From: Rhodoferax sp.
GTDB lineage: Bacteria > Pseudomonadota > Gammaproteobacteria > Burkholderiales > Burkholderiaceae_C
Assembly: GCA_039923645.1 (NCBI GenBank)
Contig: JBDTCK010000109.1
Location: 7,367 to 71,366, forward strand
Direction of reading: 5' to 3'
DNA length: 64,000 nucleotides
The notes under the pieces are model-generated. The model searched no databases, was not told the origin of the DNA, and saw nothing but the letters and a program-made list of their open reading frames with translations. Shown one piece after another: positions 11,176 to 20,804 of this stretch. Position 1 is the first letter of the stretch. Each line of letters opens with the position of its first letter. Made by a program: the position numbers and the translations under genes.

Positions 11176-11807
11176 GAGCTGTGCGCGGCCGGGATCGGGT
11201 CGGCCTCCTGATTGGCCAGTTGGTCCCGAACCAGCTGGAAAATGTCGCGATACGCGCGGGCATGGCGCGGGGCTTCGCCCGGTTTGCCGGGCTTGGCATC
11301 CTTGCGCGCCTGGCGGATCAGCGCGCGCAGTTGCTGGGTGTCGGTTTGCGCAAAGTCGCCGAGCCAGCGGCCCAGTGCATCTTCATCGGCAATCAGCGCG
11401 TCGCGCCATTGCTCGGCCAGGTGCAGATTCAGCGTCTCCTGCGCCGATCCGCTGTGCTGCTCGTCGAGCGCCGTGCGGATCGCGACCGGCGTCTCGGGTG
11501 GCAACAGGCGCATCAGCTTGCCGATGAACTGCATCTGGCGGCGCTTGCCCTCGAAATTGGTGATGCGTTTGGCTTCCTGCACCGCGTCAACCAGCTTCTC
11601 CGGCAGGGCCAGCCGCTCGATCAGGTCGGCGCGCAGCAGCAGCAGGTCTTCGCCGAGTTTTTGCAACTCCGTGCTCTCGCGCTTGAGATCGGTTCTGCTC
11701 ATCTCGTCGGTGCCTTTGAGCTCGCGCTTGAGCTCCAGGTCGAGCTCGCTGCCTTCGGCCACGAACTTGCCGTGGACGAAGTAGCCTTTGGTGGGTTTGC
11801 GTGACAT
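11172..11807 (-). CDS. yjgA: Ribosome biogenesis factor YjgA/DarP
   Basis: S.T.LKRE..ELQKLG, RRQMQFIGKLMR, QLRALIRQA; divergent from pmbA. Confidence 0.88.
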
Positions 11808-11871
11808 GGTCAGGGTGATCAGGAGGGGCAGCGGCCAACAGGCCACTGCGACAAGTATCATAGCCGTCGAT

Positions 11872-13272
11872 ATGAAAAAACCATCCCAAGCTGCCCCCGC
11901 CAGCCTCGCGCGCGCCGACAGCGGCTTCAGTTACAGCCGCCCCTTTTTTGAAGATCTCGTGGACAGCGCCCTGGCGCACGCCAAAAAACTCGGTGCCACC
12001 GATGCCGGCGCCGAGGCTTCCGAAGGCTGTGGCCTGAGTGTTTCAGTGCGCAAGGGCGAGCTGGAAAACGTGGAGCGCAACCGTGACAAATCGCTGGGTG
12101 TGACGGTTTATGTTGGCCACCGGCGAGGCAATGCCAGCACGTCCGATTTTTCGCAGGCGGCCATCGAACAGACCGTGCAGGCGGCGTACGACATCGCGCG
12201 CTTCACGGCCGAAGACCCGGTCGCCGGGCTGCCGGATGTGGACGACATTGCCACGCAGCAGCTGGAACTTGATCTGTTTTTCCCGTGGGCCGTGACCAGC
12301 GAGCAGGCCGCGGCACTGGCCCTGCGTTGTGAGGCCGCCGCGCTGCAGACGGACCGGCGCATCACCAACAGCGAAGGCGCGGGCGTGTCGGCCCAGCAGT
12401 CGCATTTTTTCAGCGCGCACACGCACGGCTTTCGCGGCGGCTATGCCAGCTCGCGCCACAGCCTGTCGGTGGCACCGATCGCCTCCAGCCCCGGCAAAAA
12501 GCAGGACATGCAGCGCGATGCCTGGTACAGCTCGATGCGCGATGCCACCGAGCTGGCATCGCCCGAGGCCGTCGGCCGCTATGCCGCCGAGCGTGCGCTG
12601 AGCCGCTTGAAGTCACGCAAGATTGCCACCACCGAGTGCCCGGTGCTTTTCGAATCGCCGCTCGCGGCGGGGCTGCTGGGCGCACTGGTGCAGGCCGTGA
12701 GCGGCGGCGCGCTGTACCGCAAGAGTACGTTTCTGCTCGATTCGCTGGGCAAGCCGGTGCTGCCCCGGCACATCGACATCGCAGAGGACCCGTTCGTCAA
12801 ACGCGGCAAGGGCAGCTCGCCGTTCGACGACGAAGGCGTCAAGGTTCGCGCACGCAAGGTGGTTGATGCCGGTCGCCTGGAAGGCTATTTCTTGAGCACC
12901 TATTCGGCGCGCAAGCTGGGCATGAAAACCACCGGCAACGCGGGCGGCTCGCACAACCTGACCCTGACATCGCGTCTGACGCGAGCCGGCGACGATCTGG
13001 ACGCGATGCTGCAAAAGCTCGGCACCGGCCTGTTCGTGATCGAGCTGATGGGGCAGGGCGTGAACTACGTGACTGGCGATTACTCGCGCGGCGCCAGCGG
13101 CTTCTGGGTGGAGAAAGGGCGCATCGCCTACCCGGTGGAAGAGATCACCATTGCCGGCAATCTGAAGGACATGCTGATGGGCATCACTGCGGTCGGGGCC
13201 GACGCGTACAACCACGGCGCCAAGACCGTGGGATCGGTCCTGGTGAACCGCATGAAGGTGGCCGGCAGCTGA
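11872..13272 (+). CDS. pmbA: Metalloprotease PmbA/TldE
   Basis: FDDEGV, GVNYVTGDYSRGASGFW, TIAGNL. Confidence 0.92.
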   Translation: MKKPSQAAPASLARADSGFSYSRPFFEDLVDSALAHAKKLGATDAGAEASEGCGLSVSVRKGELENVERNRDKSLGVTVYVGHRRGNASTSDFSQAAIEQTVQAAYDIARFTAEDPVAGLPDVDDIATQQLELDLFFPWAVTSEQAAALALRCEAAALQTDRRITNSEGAGVSAQQSHFFSAHTHGFRGGYASSRHSLSVAPIASSPGKKQDMQRDAWYSSMRDATELASPEAVGRYAAERALSRLKSRKIATTECPVLFESPLAAGLLGALVQAVSGGALYRKSTFLLDSLGKPVLPRHIDIAEDPFVKRGKGSSPFDDEGVKVRARKVVDAGRLEGYFLSTYSARKLGMKTTGNAGGSHNLTLTSRLTRAGDDLDAMLQKLGTGLFVIELMGQGVNYVTGDYSRGASGFWVEKGRIAYPVEEITIAGNLKDMLMGITAVGADAYNHGAKTVGSVLVNRMKVAGS

Positions 13273-13287
13273 GAGCTGCCGCCGGGC

Positions 13288-13737
13288 TCAGCCCCCCGCC
13301 AGCGCGGCCTTCACCGCGGCGCTGACTTGCCCCATGTCGGCCTTGCCGGCCAGTTTGGCCTTGACTGCGCCCATCACCTTGCCCATGTCGCCGGGACCCT
13401 TGGCGCCCAGTTCGGCCACGATCGCGCGGACCTGCACTGCCACCTCGTCCGCACTCAGGCGCGCCGGCAGGTAGGCCTGCAGCACGGTCGTCTCTGACGC
13501 TTCCTTGTCGGCCAGATCCATGCGGTTGGCCTGGGTGTAGGCGGCAATCGAATCCTTGCGCTGCTTGATGAGTTTGTCCACGATGGCGATCACGGCCACG
13601 TCGTCGACCACGACGCGCTCATCCACCTCTTTTTGCTTGATGGCCGCGAGCAGCAGGCGGATGGTGCCCAGGCGCTCGCTGTCCCTGGCGCGCATGGCGT
13701 TCTTCATGTCTTCGGTAATCTGGTCTTTGAGTGACAT
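13288..13737 (-). CDS. GatB/YqeY domain protein
   Basis: MKNAMRA, KQRKDSI, DMGKVM; follows rpsU. Confidence 0.9.
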   Translation of the reverse strand: MSLKDQITEDMKNAMRARDSERLGTIRLLLAAIKQKEVDERVVVDDVAVIAIVDKLIKQRKDSIAAYTQANRMDLADKEASETTVLQAYLPARLSADEVAVQVRAIVAELGAKGPGDMGKVMGAVKAKLAGKADMGQVSAAVKAALAGG

Positions 13738-13775
13738 CGTGTTCTCCGGGAAAAGGTGTGGACGCAGCCAAAATG

Positions 13776-13812
13776 CAAAAAGCCCGCCAGAGCGTCCCCA
13801 GGCGAGCCTTCT
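13776..13812 (-). terminator. Intrinsic terminator-like hairpin after rpsU
   Basis: Minus strand GGCTCGCC..GGCGGGC followed by TTTTT. Confidence 0.6.
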
Positions 13813-13860
13813 TGGTACCGGTCCGTTGCCGCGCGGGGCAACTGGACGGGAAATCCAGAA

Positions 13861-14073
13861 TCAGTACAGCTTCTTGGGCAACTGCATCGAGCGGATGCGC
13901 TTGTAGTTGCGCTTGACCGCGGCGGCCTTCTTGCGCTTGCGCTCGGCGGTGGGCTTTTCATAGAACTCGCGCGCGCGCAGTTCGGTCAGCAGGCCGAGTT
14001 TTTCAATGGTGCGCTTGAAGCGGCGCAGGGCCACGTCGAACGGCTCGTTTTCTTTCAGACGGATGGCGGTCAT
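13861..14073 (-). CDS. rpsU: 30S ribosomal protein S21
   Basis: [22 protein letters not shown]. Confidence 0.96.
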   Translation of the reverse strand: MTAIRLKENEPFDVALRRFKRTIEKLGLLTELRAREFYEKPTAERKRKKAAAVKRNYKRIRSMQLPKKLY

Positions 14074-14245
14074 TACGTAATGGTTTCCAAAAATTTGCTG
14101 AAACGTCACTCAGGGAAGATCAGGCCCTGCCGTGTGTATCCAGCGATGTTCCCCGTCTCAAAGTGGATCAGGCCGACGGGGGTTTGCCAGCAAAGTCTTG
14201 GATTATAGCGTTATCCGTTTGCACTGGAGTGCATGGTCAACCCCC

Positions 14246-15460
14246 TCAAGAAGCGGTCGCCAGCGCCTGGGCGCAGGCAAACGCGCTGGCCCACGCCCAC
14301 TGGAAGTTGTAACCACCGAGCCAGCCCGTGACATCGACGGCCTCGCCAATGAAATACAGGCCCGGCCGCCTTGATTCCATCGTCTGCGATGACAGGTCGC
14401 GCGTGTCCACGCCGCCCGCCGTGACCTCGGCCTTCTTAAACCCTTCCGTGCCGGTGGGCGTGAGTTCCCAGCGTGCGAGCTGCTGCGCCAGCGCGCTCAA
14501 GGCCTTGTCGGAGGCCTCAAAGATCGGGCGCTGCCAGCTGACGTCCTGCTGCACCCAGGCGTCCGCCAGCCGCGCCGGCACCAGGGTGGCCAGTTCATTG
14601 GCAACGAGCTTGCGCGAACTCGCCTTGGCCTTCGCCAGGGCTTGGGGCAGATCGTGGTCGGGCGCCAGATTGAGCCGGATCGGGGTCTGCTCCACCCAGT
14701 AGGTGGAGATTTGCAGCACCGCCGGGCCGGACAAACCGCGGTGCGTGAACAGCAAGTCTTCGGCGAACGTGGTCTGCATCCTCTTAGTGCCGGTTGCGAT
14801 CTGCACCGGTAGCGACAAGCCGGCCAACTGCGCATAAGGCGCCCACAGCGCACCGTCAAAGGTCAGTGGCACCAAAGCGGGGCGGGGCGTCACCACGCGC
14901 AGGCCGAACTGCCGGGCCACGCGGTAGCCGAAATCCGTTGCGCCAATTTTTGGGATCGACAGGCCGCCCGTGGCGATCACGACAGAGCGCGCCGCAATGG
15001 CGCCTTGGTCACTATCGATTTCATAGCTTATGGTGCTTTCTCTGTCAAGGCTGCGGATGCTTTTGATGCTGCAAGGCTGCCAGCGCTGCACGCCCCCGAC
15101 CGCGCATTCGGCCAGCAGCATCTGGATCAGGCCCTCGGCCGAGCGGTCGCAAAACAGCTGGCCCTTGTGCTTCTCGTGGAATGGGATGTGGTGGCGCTCC
15201 AGCAGCGCCATGAAGTCGCGAGGTGTGTAGCGCGCTAGGGCGGAGCGGCAAAAATGCGGATTCCCACCGGAGAAATTGGCGGCCGTGACATCACGATTCG
15301 TGAAGTTGGCGCGCCCACCACCCGAGATGCGGATCTTTTCCGCCACCTTCTCGCCGTGGTCGAGCAGCAGCACTCGCAGCCCAAGCTGCCCCGCGACCCC
15401 GGCGCAGAACAGGCCGGCGGCGCCCGCGCCGATGATGACGGTATCAAACGAGTGAGTCAA
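14246..15460 (-). CDS. HI0933/BaiN-family NAD(P)/FAD oxidoreductase
   Basis: IIGAGAAG, KIRISGGGR.NFTN, LFTHRGLSGP, GGYNFQWAWASG-like; probable TTG start. Confidence 0.9.
   Translation of the reverse strand: MTHSFDTVIIGAGAAGLFCAGVAGQLGLRVLLLDHGEKVAEKIRISGGGRANFTNRDVTAANFSGGNPHFCRSALARYTPRDFMALLERHHIPFHEKHKGQLFCDRSAEGLIQMLLAECAVGGVQRWQPCSIKSIRSLDRESTISYEIDSDQGAIAARSVVIATGGLSIPKIGATDFGYRVARQFGLRVVTPRPALVPLTFDGALWAPYAQLAGLSLPVQIATGTKRMQTTFAEDLLFTHRGLSGPAVLQISTYWVEQTPIRLNLAPDHDLPQALAKAKASSRKLVANELATLVPARLADAWVQQDVSWQRPIFEASDKALSALAQQLARWELTPTGTEGFKKAEVTAGGVDTRDLSSQTMESRRPGLYFIGEAVDVTGWLGGYNFQWAWASAFACAQALATAS
15011..15052 (+). repeat. Double-dyad repeat copy, inside HI0933-family gene (antisense to the gene)
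   Basis: ACTA-tcgatttca-TAGC-ttatggt-GCTT-tctctgtca-AGGCT. Confidence 0.7.
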
Positions 15461-15513
15461 AAAGCCCTTTAACTTTTGCCAACGCAGGGCAAAAGCGGAG
15501 AAATATAGCGCAA

Positions 15514-15843
15514 TCAGTGGTTCTGATGCGTGGTCGGCTGCTTTGACTCTGGCCTGACCCCGGCTTGTGGGGTCTTGTGTTTCCCCGTCGCAAGGTTGGT
15601 CAACGGCACGATGGGCGCATAGGAGGCGGCCCAATTCGGATTGGCGTCCGGCGTGGCGCTGCCGATCAATTCGGCCGGCATGAGCCCGCCGATTTCGTCG
15701 TTAATTGCCGGCGCCAGCGCGACCAGGGCGAACGCTAACGCGACTACCGCCAGCCACTGCAGCGGCCGCCAGCGCAGAGGCACGATGGGTTTGCCCATGG
15801 GCACGGAGTGGTTGCCGTGCCGATGCTTATGCCGGGTGTGCAT
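15514..15843 (-). CDS. Hypothetical single-TM small protein (109 aa)
   Basis: Strong RBS AAGGAGGAG 5 nt before ATG; His-rich N-terminus and one hydrophobic helix. Confidence 0.55.
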   Translation of the reverse strand: MHTRHKHRHGNHSVPMGKPIVPLRWRPLQWLAVVALAFALVALAPAINDEIGGLMPAELIGSATPDANPNWAASYAPIVPLTNLATGKHKTPQAGVRPESKQPTTHQNH

Positions 15844-16106
15844 GCGGCTCCTCCTTGAGGGTCGCGTTGACAGCCCTGATTCGGAATCAACCTGTTCACG
15901 GCGGCGACCGTGCTTGGTGGATGACAACGCAGTAACTCCTGTGGGCCCGCCTCGCAACGCGCATTGTGTTTGTGTTGCGAGCCCTTGGTGAGTTCTAGTT
16001 CGCCTTTTTCTAAATTCAAGGCAACGCCCGCTCGTGCGCGCGGGTTAGGTAATAGTTCACAAAGATAGATTCCGCAACGCCCGCAGCGCCCGCAAGCGCG
16101 CGGTGG

Positions 16107-16931
16107 TCAGGCCGTGCGTGGCCGCTGTGTGGCGCGTCTCGCCCGGTCGCCGGTTTGCGCGCCCGCCATGGCGGCAATTGCGCGGGTCACCTCGCCCACT
16201 ACGATGACCGAGGGGCTGGCCAGTTGTTCGCGCTCTATGGTGGCGTGCAGTTCGCCCAGCGTTGTCACCGCGTGGCGTTGGGTCGGCAGGCTGGCGTTCT
16301 GGATTACGGCCACCGGTGTGGCGGCTGGCAGCCCGGCCAGTAATTCCTGCTGGATGCGCTGCGCGCTGCGCACACCCATGTAGATCACCAGCGTCAACTT
16401 CGCGCTGTGCGCGGCGGCGGCCAGGGCGCGCCAGTCGTCGCCGTCGCCCGCGCCGTCCGCCGGGGCGTGGCCGGTGATGAACACCACGCCGTGCGCGTGC
16501 TCGCGGTGCGTGAGCGGCACGCCGAGCGAGGTGACGGCGGCCAGTCCGGCGGTGATGCCGTTGATGACGGTCACCTTGATGCCAGCGGCCTGCAGGTGTT
16601 CGACTTCCTCGCCGCCGCGGCCAAAGATGAATGGGTCGCCGCCCTTGAGCCGGACCACGGATTCGCCCTCGCGCGCGGCCATGATCATGAGCTTTTCAAT
16701 GAAGGCCTGCGGCGTCGACTTGCAGCCGCCGCGTTTGCCTACAAACACCTTGCGCGCGCCGGGCGACGCGTAGGCCACAACGCCATCGCTCACCAGGTCG
16801 TCGACCAGTAGCACGGTGGCGGCCGCGATGGCTTTCACAGCCTTGAGCGTCAGCAGTTCCGGGTCGCCGGGGCCGGCGCCCACCAGCGTGACGTGCCCGG
16901 TGCCGCAGAGGGTGGTCTTGGGGGGATTCAT
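16107..16931 (-). CDS. cobA: Uroporphyrinogen-III C-methyltransferase (siroheme pathway)
   Basis: LVGAGPGDPELLT, RLKGGDPFIFGRGGEE. Confidence 0.92.
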   Translation of the reverse strand: MNPPKTTLCGTGHVTLVGAGPGDPELLTLKAVKAIAAATVLLVDDLVSDGVVAYASPGARKVFVGKRGGCKSTPQAFIEKLMIMAAREGESVVRLKGGDPFIFGRGGEEVEHLQAAGIKVTVINGITAGLAAVTSLGVPLTHREHAHGVVFITGHAPADGAGDGDDWRALAAAAHSAKLTLVIYMGVRSAQRIQQELLAGLPAATPVAVIQNASLPTQRHAVTTLGELHATIEREQLASPSVIVVGEVTRAIAAMAGAQTGDRARRATQRPRTA

Positions 16932-17833
16932 AGTTGCGACACCAGATGCAAGATGTGTTCCACCTGCCGCGCGATGGGGGCTGGAACAGGCCGTTGCCCG
17001 GCCATCACTTCCTGAATATAGGCGGTGGTGCTGGCGGTGTCCGTGGTTTTGGGCAACTCGGGCAGCGTCGTCAGGGGTCCGCTCTGGGCCTCTTGCAGCA
17101 CGCTGCGCCGGCCAACCACGAAGCCCAGCATCTGCGGCATGCGGCGCGGGTCCGCGACTGCCTCGCCCTCGGTGCCGCGCAGCAGCAAGGCGTTGGCCTG
17201 CATCAACTCGAACACGGCTGCCATGGCGGTGGCGTATTCGGGGTGGGTGTAGCTGCCCACGATCAGGCTGGGTCCCATGCAGGGGTTCATCAGCTTGACC
17301 AGGCTGTGGGCCGGATTGCGCAGACCGACCGAGCGGCGCACGTCGAGCAGGCGCTGCAGGCCGGCGCACAAGAGCCGTGTTGGAACAAACGCCACTTCGC
17401 CAGGTACTATTGGTTTGATAGCTTCCTGTGAAGGTACATCAAGGGCTGCAAGAACTTCTGACGTATAGACGCGGGTGCTTTCGGTGGCCGTGCCATGCAC
17501 CAGCACTGGCAGCCCCTCGCGCGCCAGCAGCAGCGCCAGCAGCGGAGTCAGCACCGGGAGCTTGCGTGCGCCGTTGTAGCTGGGCAGCACCACCATGGGC
17601 TTGGCGGTCGGCGGCAGCTTGTGCAATCGCGCGTGGGCGGCATCCAGAAAGCCGGCCATCTCGGCAGGCGTCTCGCCCTTGATGCGCATGGCCAGGCAAA
17701 AGCCGCCCACTTCGAGGTCGGTCACCGTGCCGTCGAGCACTTGCCCGAACAGGTCAAAGGCCTGCTCGCGGCTGAGCGCGCGCGCGCCGTCCTTGCCGCG
17801 GCCGATTACCTTGAGGTACTGACTGATTGCCAT
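16928..17833 (-). CDS. ybiB: YbiB (TrpD-like) DNA-binding protein
   Basis: IGRGKDGAR.L, AMRIKGET, PSYNGARK, RGTEGE. Confidence 0.88.
   Translation of the reverse strand: MAISQYLKVIGRGKDGARALSREQAFDLFGQVLDGTVTDLEVGGFCLAMRIKGETPAEMAGFLDAAHARLHKLPPTAKPMVVLPSYNGARKLPVLTPLLALLLAREGLPVLVHGTATESTRVYTSEVLAALDVPSQEAIKPIVPGEVAFVPTRLLCAGLQRLLDVRRSVGLRNPAHSLVKLMNPCMGPSLIVGSYTHPEYATAMAAVFELMQANALLLRGTEGEAVADPRRMPQMLGFVVGRRSVLQEAQSGPLTTLPELPKTTDTASTTAYIQEVMAGQRPVPAPIARQVEHILHLVSQL
17406..17447 (+). repeat. Double-dyad repeat copy, inside ybiB (antisense to the gene)
   Basis: ACTA-ttggtttga-TAGC-ttcctgt-GAAG-gtacatcaa-GGGCT. Confidence 0.7.
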
Positions 17834-17922
17834 GGCCTCGATTGTCTTTGATGGCTGATGACTTTTGGTTATGAGCTGATACGGGTTCGGCACATATTCC
17901 GGCGCCTTTTTCTACGCGCCCG

Positions 17923-20778
17923 TCATGCGGCCTGCCTGAGCGGCAAGGCGGCCTTGATCATTTTCCTGAGTTCCGGAACGCAGGAGCCGCATTGGGTGCC
18001 GCATTTCAGCGCGGCCTGCAAGGCGACCAGACGCGCCTCATCGGTGCCATGCGAGGCCGCCAGATGGGCGCTGATGGCAGTGTCCGTCACGTTCAGGCAG
18101 GTGCAAACCTGTTTGCCGCGCGCGCGCACCGCGACCGGCGCCTTGGCACCGGGCACCAGCAGCAGGCGGCCGTAGGTTTGGGCCGGCAATTGATCCTGCA
18201 ACAAGGGCTTGATCCAGCACTCCGCGCTGGTGTCGCCGGCGAGCATGAAGCCGGTGAGCTCCGCATGGTCGCCCACGCGCGTGAGCCGGGCAGAGCGGCG
18301 CTGGCCTTTCTTCTTATCGGCATAGCGCAGCACATCGGCCCCGCCCAGGCCGAGCAGGCGCTCGATATTCGCCATTACTTCGTCGAGGGCCGCTTCGTAG
18401 CTGGCCGCGCGAAACAGCAGGCCGATGCGCTCTCGGCCAAAGGGGACGCAACAGGCAAACGGAAACAGCGCCATCAGGCGTTTGAGTTCTTCGCGCGCCG
18501 CCAGTGCGTGTTCTTCTGGCAGCCAGGCCACGCCGAGCAGCGACCACGGCAACTCGGCTTTCAGGATTTTCACCGCCGCGTGCTTCAGTTCGGGCTGCTT
18601 CGAGTCCGGACAAAAAGCCGAGGTTGTGAGCGCGTTCACGCCGGCCAGCCGCACCCCCATGCTGCTGACACCGCCGAGGAATTCATCGCCCCAGTGCATG
18701 GCGATGAAGGCCTGGTTCAGTCCCAACTCGCTGTCGCCCTGTACCGGCAGCACGATCGAGCCGCGCTTGCTGGTGACGTGGACCAGGTCGCCCTCCGTGA
18801 GGTTGCGACGCACCATGTCCTGCGGGTGCAACTGGACGGCGGGCTCGGCGACGTGCCCGAACAGGCGACCCAGCGTGCCGGTGCGGCTCATGCCGTGCCA
18901 CTGGTCGCGCAGGCGGCCGGTGGTCAGTGAGAACGGATAGCGCGCCTCGCGCGGTTCGGCTACAGGCCGGTAAACCGTGTTGACGAAACGAGCGCGGCCA
19001 TCTGGTGTGGGAAACACGCCGTCTTCGTACAGACGAACCTTGCCAAGCTGGCGCCCCAGGGACGGCAACGCGGCGGCGTTGTCGTCGTCATTGCCGCCGC
19101 CGGCCGTGTCCGCAGGACATGGCCATTGCTGCGGGCCTTGTTCGTCGAGCATGGTATAGCTCAGGCCCGTGATGTCGAGATCGCGGCCGCGCGTAGATTC
19201 GCGGTGCTCGTTCCAGATCGATTCGGGAGTGGGATACGCGAACAGGCTTTTTTCAGTGCGAGCAGGCAGCAGCGTCTCCAGCCGCTGAGCAAACTCCACA
19301 GCAATGGACCAGTCGTGGCGCGCCTCGCCCGGCGCCGGCACGGCGGCGCGCACGCGGCTGATGCGCCGCTCGCTGTTGGTGACCGTGCCTTCCTTCTCGC
19401 CCCAGGTGGTGGCGGGTAGCAGCAGGTCGGCGTAGTCGCAGGTGGCGGTGGTGGCAAAGGCTTCCTGCACCACCACGAACTCGGCCCGCTCGAGCGCGCG
19501 GCGCACCAATGCCTGGTCGGGCATGGACTGCGCGGGGTTGGTGCAGGCGATCCAGAGTCCCTTAATTTCTCCGTCGGCCGCGGCCTGGAACATCTCGATC
19601 GCGGTCTTGCCGGGTTTCTCAGGCACGGAGGGCACGCCCCACAACGCCGCCACTTCGGCGCGGTGCTGCGGATTGGCCAGGTCGCGGTGCGCGCTCAGCA
19701 GGTTGGACATGCCACCGACCTCGCGCCCGCCCATGGCGTTGGGCTGGCCGGTCAGCGAGAACGGCCCCGCGCCGGGTTTGCCGATCTGACCGGTGGCCAG
19801 GTGCAGGTTGATCAGCGCGGCGTTCTTCGCCGTGCCGCTGCTCGACTGGTTCAGGCCCTGGCAGTACAGGCTGAGCGTGGCGCCGCGGCCTGGCGCGCCA
19901 CCCGCTTCGAGGCCGGCGAACATCTGCGCAGCGGCATACAAGTCTTGCTTGGTGATACCGCAGACTTGCGCCACTGATTCAGGCGTGCAATCGCGCACCG
20001 TGGTCTTGAGCGCGTCGAAGCCGCTGGTGTGCTCGGCGATGTAACGCGCATCGGTCCAGCCTTCCCACAGCATGATGTGCAGCATGCCGTTGAACAGCAT
20101 CACATCGGTACCGGGCTGGATCGGCAGATACAGGTCGGCGATTTCGGCGGTATCGGTGCGGCGCGGGTCGGCGACGATAACTTTGAGCGCGGGGTTGGCG
20201 GCCTTGGCGTCCTCGATGCGCCGGAACAGGATCGGGTGCGCGTACGCCGTGTTGCTGCCGACGATGAAGATGCATTGCGCATGCTTCACATCGTCGTAGC
20301 AGGCGGGCGGCGCGTCGGCGCCCAGCGTCTGCTTGTAGCCGGCCACCGCGCTGCTCATGCACAGGCGCGAGTTGGTGTCGACGTTGTTGGTGCCGATCAG
20401 GCCTTTGGTCAGCTTGTTGAAGACATAATAGTCCTCGGTCAGCAGCTGGCCCGACAGGTAGAAGCCCACCGCATCGGGGCCGTGCTCGCGGATGATGCGC
20501 GCGAAGGTCTGGCTGGCCAGGTCCAGCGCGGCGTCCCACGTCAAGGGCGCGGGTGCCTCATGCCGGTGCAGACGCTGCATCGGCTGCAGCAGCCGGGTCT
20601 GTTGTGTGACTGCCGCGCTGGCCGTCAGGTGCAGCGTGGAGCCCTTGCTGCAGAGACGTCCGAAGTTGGCCGGATGGTCCGGGTCGCCACGCACGCCGGT
20701 GATCTGCGCGCCGTCCGACTCGATGACCACACCGCAACCGACGCCGCAATAAGGACAGGTGGATCGCGTTTCAAGCAT
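17923..20778 (-). CDS. nasA: Assimilatory nitrate reductase catalytic subunit
   Basis: CPYCGVGC, LCSKG, NSRLCMSS, GQPNAMGGRE, TGRLRDQWH; C-terminal BFD Cys motif. Confidence 0.93.
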   Translation of the reverse strand: MLETRSTCPYCGVGCGVVIESDGAQITGVRGDPDHPANFGRLCSKGSTLHLTASAAVTQQTRLLQPMQRLHRHEAPAPLTWDAALDLASQTFARIIREHGPDAVGFYLSGQLLTEDYYVFNKLTKGLIGTNNVDTNSRLCMSSAVAGYKQTLGADAPPACYDDVKHAQCIFIVGSNTAYAHPILFRRIEDAKAANPALKVIVADPRRTDTAEIADLYLPIQPGTDVMLFNGMLHIMLWEGWTDARYIAEHTSGFDALKTTVRDCTPESVAQVCGITKQDLYAAAQMFAGLEAGGAPGRGATLSLYCQGLNQSSSGTAKNAALINLHLATGQIGKPGAGPFSLTGQPNAMGGREVGGMSNLLSAHRDLANPQHRAEVAALWGVPSVPEKPGKTAIEMFQAAADGEIKGLWIACTNPAQSMPDQALVRRALERAEFVVVQEAFATTATCDYADLLLPATTWGEKEGTVTNSERRISRVRAAVPAPGEARHDWSIAVEFAQRLETLLPARTEKSLFAYPTPESIWNEHRESTRGRDLDITGLSYTMLDEQGPQQWPCPADTAGGGNDDDNAAALPSLGRQLGKVRLYEDGVFPTPDGRARFVNTVYRPVAEPREARYPFSLTTGRLRDQWHGMSRTGTLGRLFGHVAEPAVQLHPQDMVRRNLTEGDLVHVTSKRGSIVLPVQGDSELGLNQAFIAMHWGDEFLGGVSSMGVRLAGVNALTTSAFCPDSKQPELKHAAVKILKAELPWSLLGVAWLPEEHALAAREELKRLMALFPFACCVPFGRERIGLLFRAASYEAALDEVMANIERLLGLGGADVLRYADKKKGQRRSARLTRVGDHAELTGFMLAGDTSAECWIKPLLQDQLPAQTYGRLLLVPGAKAPVAVRARGKQVCTCLNVTDTAISAHLAASHGTDEARLVALQAALKCGTQCGSCVPELRKMIKAALPLRQAA

Positions 20779-20804
20779 GTCTTACGCGCAAGGCAGCTGC
20801 GGCC

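Noticed and set aside
15452-15510. Possible further copy of the double-dyad repeat or a terminator (CTTTTGCC/GGCAAAAG hairpin) at the HI0933 start
   Set aside because: The hairpin is real, but the 9/7/9 spacing cannot be fitted without several indels.
17866-17906. GACT-N9-GAGC half match in the nasA-ybiB spacer
   Set aside because: Second dyad absent; too degenerate to call.
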